Shown here: piece after piece, positions 1-13,398 of the stretch
Layout: each line of letters starts with the position of its first letter
Position numbering within the stretch: the stretch's first letter is position 1
NCBI GenBank assembly: GCA_018398765.1
Contig: JAHBMJ010000522.1
Coordinates: forward strand, 1 to 46,153
DNA length: 46,153 bases
Source: Chromera velia
Lineage: Eukaryota
Direction of reading: 5' to 3'
Notes under the pieces: model-generated
Told to the model about the DNA's origin: nothing
Seen by the model: the letters and a program-made list of their open reading frames with translations, nothing else
Database searches by the model: none
Made by a program: the position numbers and the translations under genes

Positions 1-250
1 AAAGAAAAGAAAGAAAAAAAAAAAAAAAAAAAAAGGAAAGAAAGAAAGAAAGACACCGAGACAGGAAAAGAGAGAAAAGGAGGGGGGGAAGAGCAAGAGA
101 GAGGGGGAGACAGAGAGGGACAGGATGTTACGGGGAGAGGGGGGAGGGAGAGATAGAGGGGCGGGGGGGAGGGAGAGAGAGAGAGCGGGAGACAGAGACA
201 GACACAGAGAGAGTAAGAGGAAGAGGGAGATGGAGAGAGAGAGGAAGATG
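1..250. repeat. Purine-rich simple-sequence tract (poly-A, GAAA, GA repeats)
   Basis: Directly visible low-complexity A/G sequence. Confidence 0.9.
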
Positions 251-342
251 CAGGGGCATGGAAAGAGAGACGGAAACATAGGCAGACTCAATTCGCACTC
301 CAAAGCACGAGTAGACTAAATCGTACAATCAAATCTGCTTTT

Positions 343-2382
343 CTATCTTTCGGTGGTGCTTCTCATGTCCTCTTCTTTCTGAGTCCCTGTTTGTTTTCTC
401 CCCCCTTTGCGGTTCCCATTTTGACTGGCCGTCTTCAATGGATACGCGACTTTTCGTTTCTTATTCATTTTTTTCCCGTTGTTGTTGCTGTTACTCAGAC
501 TTGATTTCGGTGGAATGGGAGCATCCGCAAGAAGATCTTCTCTCAACGGAGTTGCACGAAAGTCAATTCGGCATTCCAATTCTGCAAAATTCTCTTCTTT
601 TTGACATTCAGCAAGATCCTGGATATACTTCTGATGAGAAGTCAGAACTTGAAGTTGAAAATTTTGTTGTAGAATTTTCTCTAACTTTGCCCCTCTTTCG
701 CCTTCCATTCGATCGGACCAACCAGACATTTCCGGGTTCTCCAAAGCGAAGGGTACCAAAGACACCGTCATACCCCCCAACCGCGTGCCTTGGGGGAGCC
801 CCCAAAGGTTATAGTCCGCAAGGCACCTCTCAACCTCAGGCTGGTCGGGCATAAACACGGGTTGGTTCTCATACGGGAGACGGAGACGAGTATGGGCTCG
901 GGGCCCTATGCGTGGCGTCTCTTCCTTGCAATTTGACTCCAGATTCTTCAAAAGTTTCCGGAGAGAGTCGGATTGATTTTCGTTTCTCTCTTGTTTTTTT
1001 CTTTCGTCCGAGATAGAGGAGGTCTCAGAAGTTTTTGTACTTCGGTCAGAGACGGTACCGAGGTTTGGTGGGGGAGAGGGAAGGCCGAAAAAGTAGTGGT
1101 ACCAATAAGATATGGCCTCTCGGTTGAGAAGATACGCACCCGCACTCCAGAGGTGGTCTTGTTTGGGATGGCTGACACAGAGAGGGGGTGTGAATGCACG
1201 AATGCAGACTTCCGAAGATAGACGCTGCCCCCATTCAGAACAGCTCTCTCCCTCCTTTCTGTACACTTTTGCGTTGACAAAATCGTAATACGGTTTGTAA
1301 AACCCATCTCTGATTGTTAGCAGCTGTACACCCAGAGCCAGACGGTCTTTCTGTCCATCCAACAGACTCGCCCTCAGATGAGCATACCGTCTTAAGGTCT
1401 CACAGTCACCCCCCTCCAATCCGGTACCTGCAAACTTCTTCTGGTTCTTCACCATATTTCGCGGACACATTTGCGGTATGCGTTCCCCCACGATCCCGCA
1501 CTTTCCCTTCAGGGGGTCTCGAATCAGGGACTCTGCCTCTGAAAGAAGAGAAACCGCCCACCCCCTTCCACTCAAAGGAAGAGGCGGAGCAGACTCGACT
1601 GTGGCCTCTGCTGCTTCGGAGCCTGTTTCCCTTCCTTCTGCTGTGGCAGAGAAAGAAGAGACGACACTGCGATTGCCGGAGACGGCAGAGAAGGAGCCGA
1701 AGACAGATGAGGCAGACGGCCTCCACGTTTCAATTGCAGCAGAAGCATTCAGGTGGTCAAACAAAGGACGAAAGGAGATATCGTCCTCTGCAAACACTGC
1801 GACCTCATCTCCCCGAAGGAAAGCCGTTCTGATGGCGAGGATGTGAGAGACCAGACAGGCTGTGGTGCCAATCAGTTGCCGGGAACAATCTCCAGTCATG
1901 TCTATTTCTAGAGGACCTTCAAAAGGGGCAATCTGTTGCATGTCCGAGCAAAACTCTTTGACGTCACTAATGTCTAACCCCGACCCCAACCCCCACCCAG
2001 CTCCCGTGCCGAGTCCAGCGAGACTTGTGCAGTCGAGTGTGATCGAGTTGTTTTTACCCTCTGCCCCAGTCGTGTTCCAAAGAGATCGCGCGTACCCCGG
2101 AAATGCGGGTACTCTGACTGGCTCAAAGCCCATTCGATCGAATAGTTCTTCGTTTTCTTCCATGAAGCGCTTCCTGCGCTTTCTGCTCTTTGGCGTGTTG
2201 ATCCAGAAAACTGGGACGCGCTTTGGTGAAGAAAGCGGACCCGCGTCTGAGTGCTGGGGGGCATTGGCTGCAGGCATTTCTCGCAGCCAAAAGAGAAGAA
2301 GGAAAGAGATGGTTGCTAATCGGCAATTGCGGACCATCGGCTGCATGAGCGGTGTGCGGCTTGACAGCTCTGTTGTGAACAT
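343..2382 (-). CDS. Glycosyltransferase family 25-like protein, single exon, probable N-terminal signal/anchor
   Basis: Uninterrupted ~679-aa ORF (first ATG 2382; alternative ATG 2346). GT25-type motifs VFWINTPKSRKRR, TACLVSHILAI, AVFAEDDI and SAGAYLLNREA. Hydrophobic stretch LATISFLLLFWL. Confidence 0.8.
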   Translation of the reverse strand: MFTTELSSRTPLMQPMVRNCRLATISFLLLFWLREMPAANAPQHSDAGPLSSPKRVPVFWINTPKSRKRRKRFMEENEELFDRMGFEPVRVPAFPGYARSLWNTTGAEGKNNSITLDCTSLAGLGTGAGWGLGSGLDISDVKEFCSDMQQIAPFEGPLEIDMTGDCSRQLIGTTACLVSHILAIRTAFLRGDEVAVFAEDDISFRPLFDHLNASAAIETWRPSASSVFGSFSAVSGNRSVVSSFSATAEGRETGSEAAEATVESAPPLPLSGRGWAVSLLSEAESLIRDPLKGKCGIVGERIPQMCPRNMVKNQKKFAGTGLEGGDCETLRRYAHLRASLLDGQKDRLALGVQLLTIRDGFYKPYYDFVNAKVYRKEGESCSEWGQRLSSEVCIRAFTPPLCVSHPKQDHLWSAGAYLLNREAISYWYHYFFGLPSPPPNLGTVSDRSTKTSETSSISDERKKQERNENQSDSLRKLLKNLESNCKEETPRIGPRAHTRLRLPYENQPVFMPDQPEVERCLADYNLWGLPQGTRLGGMTVSLVPFALENPEMSGWSDRMEGERGAKLEKILQQNFQLQVLTSHQKYIQDLAECQKEENFAELECRIDFRATPLREDLLADAPIPPKSSLSNSNNNGKKMNKKRKVAYPLKTASQNGNRKGGRKQTGTQKEEDMRSTTER

Positions 2383-3309
2383 CAAGGTCAGTCAATCCAA
2401 TTGAGTGGAATCGACCAAATTTGGATTTGCATATTCAAACATTCTCTGTGTTTGGGAAGGCAGTCAATCCAGAGACAGGTACTTTTGGGCGTCTGAGGTA
2501 GAGGGATGTAATCACAGTGAAAGTTGACCGGCCCAAACTTGCGTTGGCTTTATTGACAGTCTAAAATTAACTGTGGTTTTGGAGGGCGGAGCGAGGCTTG
2601 AAGCATGTTCGCACGGAGCTCTCCGCCCGGGGGGCACTTAATCTCTCGCGACTCCTTCCTCCGACACACTGAGGCACATGCACAGGCCCCGGCATGCCCT
2701 CAAAACTTGACGTAGAAAACATGTATGCAGCGGCCCCTTTAAGAAAAAAACTTGGGAAGAGCTTTTGCAGTGCCGCGGGAATTAAGATGTTCCACCATGC
2801 ATCTGTTTGCTGCTTTGTTGCATTTCTCCTGCTTGCACTCTTGCTCTAAAGTTTTCATAAATTTTTCTTTCCCTTTTCCGTGTTATTCCGTGCTACACGC
2901 AGCTTGTTTGGCTTGGTTTGCATACTGTAGCGTTTAACATTTCTTTCGCTCTTATCAGTCTTTTAAGTCTTAATTTTTTCTCATCGGCATCCGACGTTTT
3001 TGATTTATCCTTCCTTCATGTTTTACCACTGGCAGGCCGTTTTGCGATATTTTATGACTTTTGAGCCTCTTTTTCATCTACTTCGGTCATCGTTTTTGTT
3101 CTCTGACCGTCGGTCTTCGTTAAGGGTCGTATAGGATCGCAACCATGGTTCGTTAACCTAGGTTATAAACGCAGGCTTTACCTTAGGTTTACGCTTCTGG
3201 GGATTGAACGTCTGCCGTCGCCTCTAAGGTTGGGCGGCAAGCCCACTATCATCATGCCTTCCTAGCTGGGTTCCACACCATTGGATGCATGTATAACCCT
3301 ACGCCGCCC

Positions 3310-3610
3310 AGGTCAATCAAATTTAAATTAAGTATAATCCCAATAAACTATAATTTAAAATGTCTTTACAGATGTTTTAAAACCGTAACTTTGACTGTTT
3401 ACTGCACTTTTTTTAAAAAAAAGCTAAGAAACAACAAATATTTTCTTAAGCACAATAATTAGATAAAACATATCTTAGATAAGATATACAACATCTTTGA
3501 CTTGGAATTTGTTAGAAAAAAAAAAAATGCAGAAAGCTTTTGAACATTACGACATTTAAAAAAGTGTACGTCTCTTTAGGTCCATCAATCTTAAAACTCC
3601 AAAACAGTGC
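3310..3610. other. AT-rich intergenic island 1
   Basis: Abrupt AT-rich block immediately 3' of the EF-hand gene; contains AACCGTAACTTT at 3381-3392. Confidence 0.7.
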
Positions 3611-3618
3611 ATCATTCA

Positions 3619-4495
3619 TTAATTCTCCCCCATAAATGTCGGAGTGATATGGAATTTGTGGTCTTCGAACACCTCCAGCATGTCCGGGCGCTCGTCAATC
3701 TTCACTTCCAAAGCGGCTTCCAATACCTTCTCTGCAGTGAGGGGGGACAACTTCCAGAAGTTGTGATTGGTTCACCACTCTGTGAGTTGGTATGCTGAGA
3801 TTCAGCGGACGTCTCTGCGTCTACGGGATGTACTGCGAGCGGATGAGTGCACTCAGTCAGAGAAGTGAGTCTGTGATTACTTCCGTCGCTCTTTCAGAAG
3901 CAAAGGTAGCTCGGTGTGCAAAAATTGACGCAGAAATCTCTTCGCGTTTGTCGGGCAGGTGCATGCGTGGGCTACCGTGGGTGGGTGGGAGAGCGGGTAG
4001 GTGACCGAGTGATTGTAAAGCATCTAATTCAGAAAGGAATCCGGTGAATCACAAAACGGAGGCAAGAGGGGAACACAGATTCCCACACACAAGCGGAAAA
4101 AACAGAGAGGGAGGGAGAGGGGGAGAGGAAACAGGAGAAGGGAACAAAGACAGGCAGGCAGACGGACAGGGACAGTTGGTTAAGAAACGAACCTCGCAGC
4201 CGAAAGTACTCTTGAACCTTTGTGCGGAGTGCCTTGCCTGCAAAGGAAGAAATTCGACAGAGCAAAGGGAGAAATTCGACAGGGCAGCAAGTGAAGGGGT
4301 CAGAAAGAAAGGTCAATTCAAAACAGCTTGTTTCTTTTGTCCTCGGAGCATGCAGGCGCGTCCTCCAAGCAAAGAAAGAAAGCCCATGCACAGGACCACA
4401 GGAGCGTCAATCCTGTCCATGCGCAAGAAAGGGAGGGCCACTTGGAAACAAGAGACGACAAATGGAAAATGGGAAGTGGCGATTCAAAAAGAACA

Positions 4496-4567
<72 letters not shown>

Positions 4568-4593
4568 GCGCACGCACACGCACACGCACACGC

Positions 4594-4641
<48 letters not shown>

Positions 4642-5348
4642 ACACACACACACACAAACACAAATTCACACAAATTCACACACGCACACGCACAAACACA
4701 CACACACACACACACACACACGGACGTCTTCTCCTTCCCACTGGAGATCTGCTCCAAATTTGACTGTCAGTGAAGTGCCGGCCGGGGGAATTCAATTTTT
4801 GAACAGGGGAGAGAACTCGCAGATGATGCCGTCAGACGTTCACAAAAAGAATCAAATTGCTCAATTCAATTAACAACAACCGATTTCCGTTAGTTACGTG
4901 CCGACTGACTGATGTAGTCTCCTTGCGCCACCTGGGGACAGGTCTCTGCCATTGTGCGCTCTGCCACGCTGCAGAGACAAGAAAACACACAAAAAAACAG
5001 GCGCACACGTAGACAAGAAAAACTGATGGAATCCCTTGGGGGTTTCTGTCTGTACTTGGAGGACTTGTCTGCTACAGGTACATCTCCGAGTCCGTAGCCT
5101 CCCCCACGTTCTCTAGGCTTCTTTGCCTACTTGCCTGCCTGCCTGACTCCCTCTTTGCCTAGATCTCTTTGCTGGCTGACTGACTTGTGCAGTCTCTTCT
5201 GTTTGTCTCTTTGCTGACTGACTGACTGACTGACTGACTTGTGGAGTCTCTTCTGTTTGTCTCTTTGCTGACTGACTGACTGACTGACTGACTTGTGGAG
5301 TCTCTTCTGTTTGTCTCTTTGCTGACTGACTGACTGACTGACTGACTN

Positions 5349-5387
<39 letters not shown>

Positions 5388-5406
5388 GCACACGCACACG
5401 CAAACG

Positions 5407-5443
<37 letters not shown>

Positions 5444-6357
5444 GCGCGCGCGCACACACACACACGTACACACACACACACAAACACAAATTCACACAAA
5501 TTCACACACGCACACGCACAAACACACACACACACACACACACACACGGACGTCTTCTCCTTCCCACTGGAGATCTGCTCCAAATTTGACTGTCAGTGAA
5601 GTGCCGGCCGGGGGAATTCAATTTTTGAACAGGGGAGAGAACTCGCAGATGATGCCGTCAGACGTTCACAAAAAGAATCAAATTGCTCAATTCAATTAAC
5701 AACAACCGATTTCCGTTAGTTACGTGCCGACTGACTGATGTAGTCTCCTTGCGCCACCTGGGGACAGGTCTCTGCCATTGTGCGCTCTGCCACGCTGCAG
5801 AGACAAGAAAACACACAAAAAAACAGGCGCACACGTAGACAAGAAAAACTGATGGAATCCCTTGGGGGTTTCTGTCTGTACTTGGAGGACTTGTCTGCTA
5901 CAGGTACATCTCCGAGTCCGTAGCCTCCCCCACGTTCTCTAGGCTTCTTTGCCTACTTGCCTGCCTGCCTGACTCCCTCTTTGCCTAGATCTCTTTGCTG
6001 ACTGACTGACTTGTGCAGTCTCTTCTGTTTCTCTCTTTGCTGACTNCTGACTGACTGACTGACTGACTGACTTGTGGAGTCTCTTCTGTTTGTCGAAAGA
6101 GGCCCTTACAAGGGGGGGAGTGGAGACGCGGACGGTTTCTCTCCGACCTCCTACACCGCCGTTGATGGCCTGAATCATTCATCAATTAAGGTCCATACAG
6201 ATCATCAATTAATTGGGGTCCATACAGATCGAGATGCCCTTGCGTGCGGAGTACCCAACATCAAAGAGGCAGGCGGGGCACAAGCGTACGAAAGGATGCA
6301 GAAAAGCGCCTGAAAACATGCGAATTAGCCCCCACCCCCACCCACCCCAAACAGACG

Positions 6358-6389
<32 letters not shown>

Positions 6390-8863
6390 CAGAGCGAGAG
6401 GGACACATATAATAACGACTGACTGACTGACTGACTCGCCCCCCGACCGACCGCTTTGTGAACTCTCTGAATTCCTGCGGCCAGCTCCATCTTAAGTTTT
6501 CGGAGCTCCTGCACGTATGCATACCCAAACACAGTGCAAAGCGCTTGATAAACAAAGGAAAGGAATCGATCTTTGACAGATGTTTGTGCCATGCACATCC
6601 ATGCATTCCAGCGGGTTGCCTCTATGCCTGTATACCCTGCAGGCATCTCCGCGCTCTTGAGTTGACGGTTGCTTGCCGATTCTGATAAACCCGAATATGA
6701 ACCGAGAAACAATTAAGCGAGGGTCGTATTTCTGTGCCTGCCTGCCTGCCTGCGTGCCTGCCTGCCTGCCTGACTGAAATCGTCCAGCTGCCATGGTGTG
6801 AGAGGGAAATGAAAGAAAGAAAAGGCTGACGGAAGAAGGGCAAGTTGGCATAGATGCAAAATTTCAGCGAGCACACATTCAAACTAAAAACCGATCTCAT
6901 CAAAGCCATGGAGCCAAGGACAGCCGGAGGGACGGACATCCTTCAGCGGTTGCAGCTCCTTGTCGATTTGCATAGAGGCCCGACGGACGCGTGCAACCAT
7001 TGAAGCCCTTCGGAACTTCCGGTGAATCACGGGTTCCGCATCTGCATGCATGGAGAGAAAAGAAAAGAATGGAAAAGAATATTCAAGCAGAGAGATTGAT
7101 AGACAGGGGCACACAATCATCCACTACAGGAATCTGAGCGCATCCGATTCTCAGATCCGCTGCTGTTGCCATGTGGCGCTGTCTTCTTCCTTTTTGGATC
7201 AAGGAGTCAAGACAAACAGATTGAAACACAAGCAGAACCTTGCAAGCCCTCTTTGTGCGGAGAGCAACACAGATCAACCGAAAGGCATGCAAACATTATC
7301 TTCGGACTTACCGCCTCACTTCAGTCAAGGATTCCAGTCAGATGATGCAAATGAAATGATTTGAACACAGCCGGAATACCCAAAGAGATCATCAAACAAC
7401 TGTACAGGCACGCTGCTTAGGTACCTGGATAGATTGTGTTGACCAAATGTGCGAGAGTAATCTTGCCCTCCATCTTAGAGTCCAGAAGTTGGAAGATGAT
7501 GTCCTGCAATGCATTGGGTTGCATTCATGCATCGATCCCTCGTTCATTTCTCGTGTGAACAGAGAGAGTGCTTGTCTGTCAAAGAGGCTGACACACATGC
7601 AGCAGGAAGGAGGCAGCTTGAATGTGTAAAAGCGTAAATATGAGGAGCTACCGGCTGCTGTCACTTTGTTTCGCAGGACCATGCATGCGCACAGATAGCA
7701 TAAAATTTCCATGGCGAGCAGGGAGAGAGGGAGGGACGAATGATCGATCTCCTTCAAATATAATTGACTCCTCCGAATACCTCTTCTTTGAATTCGTTGT
7801 CTGTTCATGCATGTGTACACATTTGGGTGCAACTGCATGTACATGATTCAAATAAGAACGCTTACAAAGACGCAAAGAAACACCCCCCCCCCAGTCCTCC
7901 TACCGTGTTGGCCTGTCCAATCTCATCAGATAATTTGATTGCAAAAAGCCACTGCTCGAAGAGGTTTTTGTCTACCCAGTGGGGCAACGCAGGCTCTCCC
8001 TCAGTTACACTGCCGCGTCTCCCTCTGTCTCTCTCTCTGTCTCGGTCCTTCTCTCTGTCCCTCTCTCTCTCTCGTTCACGCTCTCGGTCTGTCTCCGCTC
8101 CCCCCCCGGCAGCGCCCCCCTCTCCTCCCTCAGAGGAGTTCCCAAACATACGAAAACTCTCCACGATGTCCGACGGTTGATGCAACACCTGGATGATGTA
8201 TGGAGAGAAGAGGAAGTAGGCGGGTATCATGTTCGTCCATCATACAGAAATAAAAAACATAAAAATGTATGGAAAGAAAGTATGCAGGTATCATATTCGT
8301 CTATGATACAAAACAGTGACGTTGGATTGACAGTTTGACAAAGAGAAAGATGGAGGAAAGAAAGCATGTGTGCACGCATGTCTTCATTTCATTCACAAGA
8401 TGCATTATCTGTCTTTCGGTGGAAACAAAAGGAAAGAAAAGAAAAGAAAAGAAAAGAGGACCTCAAGCGGGACGCGCAAGACTTAATCCCTCGAGCCCTT
8501 TCACCCCTTTCAAAGATTGCTCTCAGCAGAAACAAAAGGCGATTGTGTTTGAGGCCGTGAAACTTCCTCTTCACAAGCATGCGACTCCTCTAAATACAGA
8601 AAAAAAAGTCGACACCCTCCTCCCCTCCCCCTATCCGGCTGACGTTTCTGAGGAGCATCACGAAATCCTTCAGCGCGTGGCTTGCTGCATCACACAGACG
8701 TTGATGGCGTTAGAGGCTCATAAAAACAAAACACGACGAGAAGTTTTTCATTAGAGCTAGGAAGAAGAAGCGATGGAGAGAGATAATAACATGCCCAGCT
8801 ACACTGACACACTGATTCGCTTACTGACTGACCAGCTGACTGACCGACTGACAGACTGAGACT

Positions 8864-8898
<35 letters not shown>

Positions 8899-9096
8899 TG
8901 ACGTGCGAAAGCCCGCATGGCTGCCTGCAGTTCGAATCTGTCAACATCTCCACTTCCGTCCGCGTCAATCACTGCATCCATCCATGCATTCATGAAAGTG
9001 GGAGAGGTTCGCATACATCGATAGCCAGGGAGGATCAGGTTGGTGTATAGATCTTCCCTTTCTTCTTTGCTGACTGACACACACACACACACACAG

Positions 9097-9130
<34 letters not shown>

Positions 9131-12100
9131 ACAGACACACACACACACACACTGAGAGAGGGAGAGATCCGGAGAGAGAGAGAGAACGAAGGGAACCCAG
9201 GAGTAAAAGAGAGAGCTTGAAGCCGCATTATTCGTATTTGATCTTTCTCGCCTACCATGCAGACCTGCAAAGAGCATTCTGGACTCCGACTGAGGCACGT
9301 TCAACAGGGACATGCCGGCATCGAATTCCTCTCTTGAGAGCCCCCCCCCGCCCTCCTGCAGGTGGACGAGACGAGACATTAATTCATCACACACACACTC
9401 AGACTGAATTTCTGACAGAGTGAAGAAGAAAAAAGGGAGGGATGACGGAAGGAGGAGGAAGGAAAACAGATAAAGTGACGAGGACAGAAGAGAGGAGAAA
9501 AAAAAAAAGAGGAGGTCCTTTCAGAGACTCAGAGGGAAGTCCAGCGCACGCAACAGACACTGGGGAGTACAGGAACGAAGAAAAGAAGGCAAATAAGATG
9601 GTGGGGCAGAGATCGTGAAAGTGGGAGACAGCGTATGCATGTATTTACTTTCATACAGAAACAAAATTTCTGTATGAAAGTAAATGCATGCGGGGCAGAG
9701 ACCGTGATGGTAAATGACAAAATGGAGTCCAACATCCCGCCCTTCAACTGACCGCGTTACGAATGATGGTGAAGGCATCCATCACTTTTTTGAAATTCGC
9801 AATCAGCATCTTGCGGATTCGATCTAAAGTCACCGATGCTGCATGCACAAAGAGAATAGATTTCATGACTCGAATTCCATTCATGCAATCAATCACTCTT
9901 TTCCAAACCTTTTCTCATATTGGGAAAGGAACTGATGAACGTTTGGGTACGCTCTCAGCTAGACGAATGTATTTCTTTCAACGCAGGACATGACAAGCAT
10001 GAGTGAGTTAGGGGTTTGTTTCATGGAAAATCTCGTCGAGAGATTCTTCATGTGCTGTCCCTCTCAGGAGCAGAGCGTGATTCATCCGAGTGGTAGTGTG
10101 AAGGATGGACAGAGCGCGAGACAGAAATGGGGAGAGTATCAGCGTGTGAGGGGGGGAGAAGTTTAGTCAGAAAGAACGGACGAACGAACGAACGAAAGGA
10201 GAGAAGGAAAGAAAGAAAGAAAGAAAGAACGAAAGAAAGAAAGAAAGATAGATAGAAAGAGAGAAAGAAAGAAAGAAAGAAACAAACAAACAAACAAAGA
10301 AAGAAAGAAAGAAAGAAAGAAAGAAACAAAGCAGAGGAAAGATTGACGCACGCGAGGCCAATCGCACAAGTTGCCGAATCCTCCCCGAGTCCACAAACCC
10401 CTGGGCCTCCGCGTCCAGTGCCAAGAAGATTCGCCTGCATGCAGAAATGAATGAATGAATGAATGAATGAATGAATGCAGAAACTAACGGTGTGCGTGCG
10501 GGAATATTGGACGTCGTCTTTGCTTTGTATGAAATATTCTACTCTTAGTTGGTTGCACAAGGACACATGCAGAATAAACCTGCTGCTTGCTTTGTGAGAG
10601 GAGTTCAGCTCCAAGCAAGTCGCAGAGTCTTCATTTATCTGTGGACAGCATTTTCTTCTGTCCATCCGAAATCAGAGCATGCATTCATTTTCATACAGAA
10701 ATAATTCTTTTTCATGCATGGAATTTTTTCAAAAAGACTTCTCTATGAAAACGAATGCAAACTTCTGTCCATCCGAAATCAGAGCATGGGCATATGCAAA
10801 GAAAAGAAAGAATAGGGCCCATCTTGTTGCTCTGAAGATGGTGTGTGTGCGTAATTCAAAACGAAGGACGCTTCAATTCGTGTGCACTCTTTTATGCACA
10901 TGAAGAAATTCGCTTCTCCGTCTCCCTCTCTCTCTAAAAAAAAGAAAAAAATCCAACCGTTCGGTCCCCTCTGCCACGGAGAAAAGTACCGACCAACCTG
11001 GCAGCTTCGTATTCCAGTCCGTGAGAAGTCATGATGTCAATGAACTCTGCGTAGGGCACATCCCGGTCCTGTATGCATGCAACAGTGGGGTGATTCATGC
11101 ATATGTTTTATCTGTGCATGGATCTGTATGCATGTGTGAGTGTCCGTCCGTCTGACTGCCAATCGGACGGAGTGATGAAGACTTCACGGCCGCGAAAAAT
11201 GATAAGGAGACTTTGTTTGCAAGTACTGCAAGCAACGACACTTCGAAGGGGATCAGAGAAAATGACCAGGAGCCGCATCATCAAAATTACACGAGCAATG
11301 AAGGACGGAGCTTTTCGCACAGTCACAAATTCCATCTAGATTGACTAAACTTCCGATTCCACCCCTCGGGTCTGACTGACCTCCTCCATTCCGAGTGCCC
11401 TCAACCCTGCTGAAGTGGACCCGTAAAGCTCCGTGATCTTCTCTCTGAACTCCTCTGTCAACTGGAGGGCTGCAGATCAAAATTGCGTCATTGATCCATA
11501 TATTTTGAGATAGAATTGCACATGGAAAAATTCTGTCTGCTACACGCAAACACATCACACATACATGCGAATATTCAACCCGAACCCCGAGCGCCCACTT
11601 TCTGCATATGCACGCTAGCTTCCATGCGAGTCTGTCTGGCTCTGCATCGAATTCTCGAGAGGACCACAGCATGGGGGAGCGGCAGTAAGGCCGTCTTGAA
11701 AGAGATGACGAAACTAGGGTCGTGCAATAGTGTCAAAGAAAAGTGGAGAGACCGTGAGGGATTTGAAGGTGAGAAGTGGGCAAACGAACGTGTAACACAG
11801 AGAAAGATAGAAGGAACAATCCAGACTTGGAAACAAACAAACGAACAAACAAACAAGAGAAGAAACCCACGAAGGGCACGCAGCGATCGACTGACGAGGA
11901 ACTTCGGCCAAAGCGAGGCCGACGGACTTCAGGGTCACGTACCGGTCACCCAGCATGTCAATGCAGTCGAAAATTACCTGAACAGATACATTTTTGCATG
12001 ACGATCTGTCCGGAGACAAGCAGAAAGAAACCGTTATGTATGTGCGGATCAGAAAGCAGTCTCTTACAAGCACCACGTTACTTTGCCCAAAACCCTCGGA

Positions 12101-13313
12101 TGGCTCTTGGCGCACGTGCCTCCACATACTTCTATAAGATTTCCTTTCGAAACTCAGTCTCTCTTTTTGAGTGTGAAAAGTCTGGCATGTCTTCTGTGCT
12201 TCGTGTCCGTTCGTTTGCCTTTGTGGTAGTCTCCTCTCCCTCTTCCTCTTTCTTTCGAGACGAAAAATAAAAACGGCGGAGGAATGACGTGGCTAGCTGG
12301 TTGTCTGTTTTCGTTTTCTTCTCATCTGTTTTTCATCGTCCCTTCATTTGCCCTGTAGAGGAAGAGATGTACAATGGATGGGAAAAGCCCCCAGACCCAC
12401 AGACGGACCTCGCACTCCTGCACCACACAGAGACATCAAACACAGAAGGGGACACATGAGGAAAGAAAGCAGAGAGTAGAAAATTCGTCGAAGGGGACAG
12501 GAAGAAGACAGAGAGAAATACAGAGGCGCAGACAAACAGAAACTCTCTGACGATTGCGCGAACACCTCATGCAGAACCTCATGTGTTTTGAGAGAAGATG
12601 GCGCACATTTTTATGTTTTCATCATGGTTTTTTACTACATGGCAGGTCCAGATCGCACAAGTAGTGCTTGCTGGGAAGCGTTTAAGAGTCCAGAAGTGAG
12701 AAGAGCCAAACACACAAACTCTTTCTATCGATCTTTCCCCCGTCCCTGCCTGTCCCCTGACGCACGCACCTCTGCGTTCAAACCAACGATGGGTTTGAGG
12801 AATGCTGAGAAGTTTTCTTCGGAGACGCGGAGGAGGGGGTCGACCCGCTGTTTCGCAAGGGCCTGCATTGAGTGGGGGGCTCAGGGGGGGGATAGGAGAA
12901 AGACGGGCAAAAAATAAAGTGTCTCTCCTTAATTTTCTCCTTCACTTTCATTACAGTCTCAGCGTGGATAAATGAGAAAGAGGCAAACAGACGGGCAAAG
13001 TACGACCATAAGGCGCTGTGTCTTCTGCTGAGTGGCCTCTCGATGGTGTGGCACTTCTTTTTCTATGCTGTGTCTCTGAAACATGCCAAGAACTCTTGCA
13101 ACAGAAAGAAGCCTCTTGCACTGCAGGCCCACCTCTTTGACACTCCCATTCTTCTTGAACAGAATCCCCCGGGTCTCGTAGAGGACCCTGTCTGCATACA
13201 CCCAGAAAGATGCACAGAGGGTCGGCAAGTGATGAATGAAAACTTAGTAGAAACACGCACAGCCGCACAAGGCTGCCATTTCGATGGGGTGAATCTGAAT
13301 TTAGAAAGAAGGA

Positions 13314-13348
<35 letters not shown>

Positions 13349-13366
13349 CGCTGCCATGAGAGAGAC

Positions 13367-13398
<32 letters not shown>

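Noticed and set aside
3857..3945. Alternative terminal exon of the EF-hand gene (ISASIFAHR...DSLL*)
   Set aside because: Weak acceptor; 3731-3619 has a better pyrimidine-tract TGCAG acceptor in the same phase
4523..6045. Genuine tandem exon duplication in the EF-hand gene
   Set aside because: The second copy is delimited by single-N contig joins within microsatellites and is almost identical, so an unmerged overlap or haplotype is more likely
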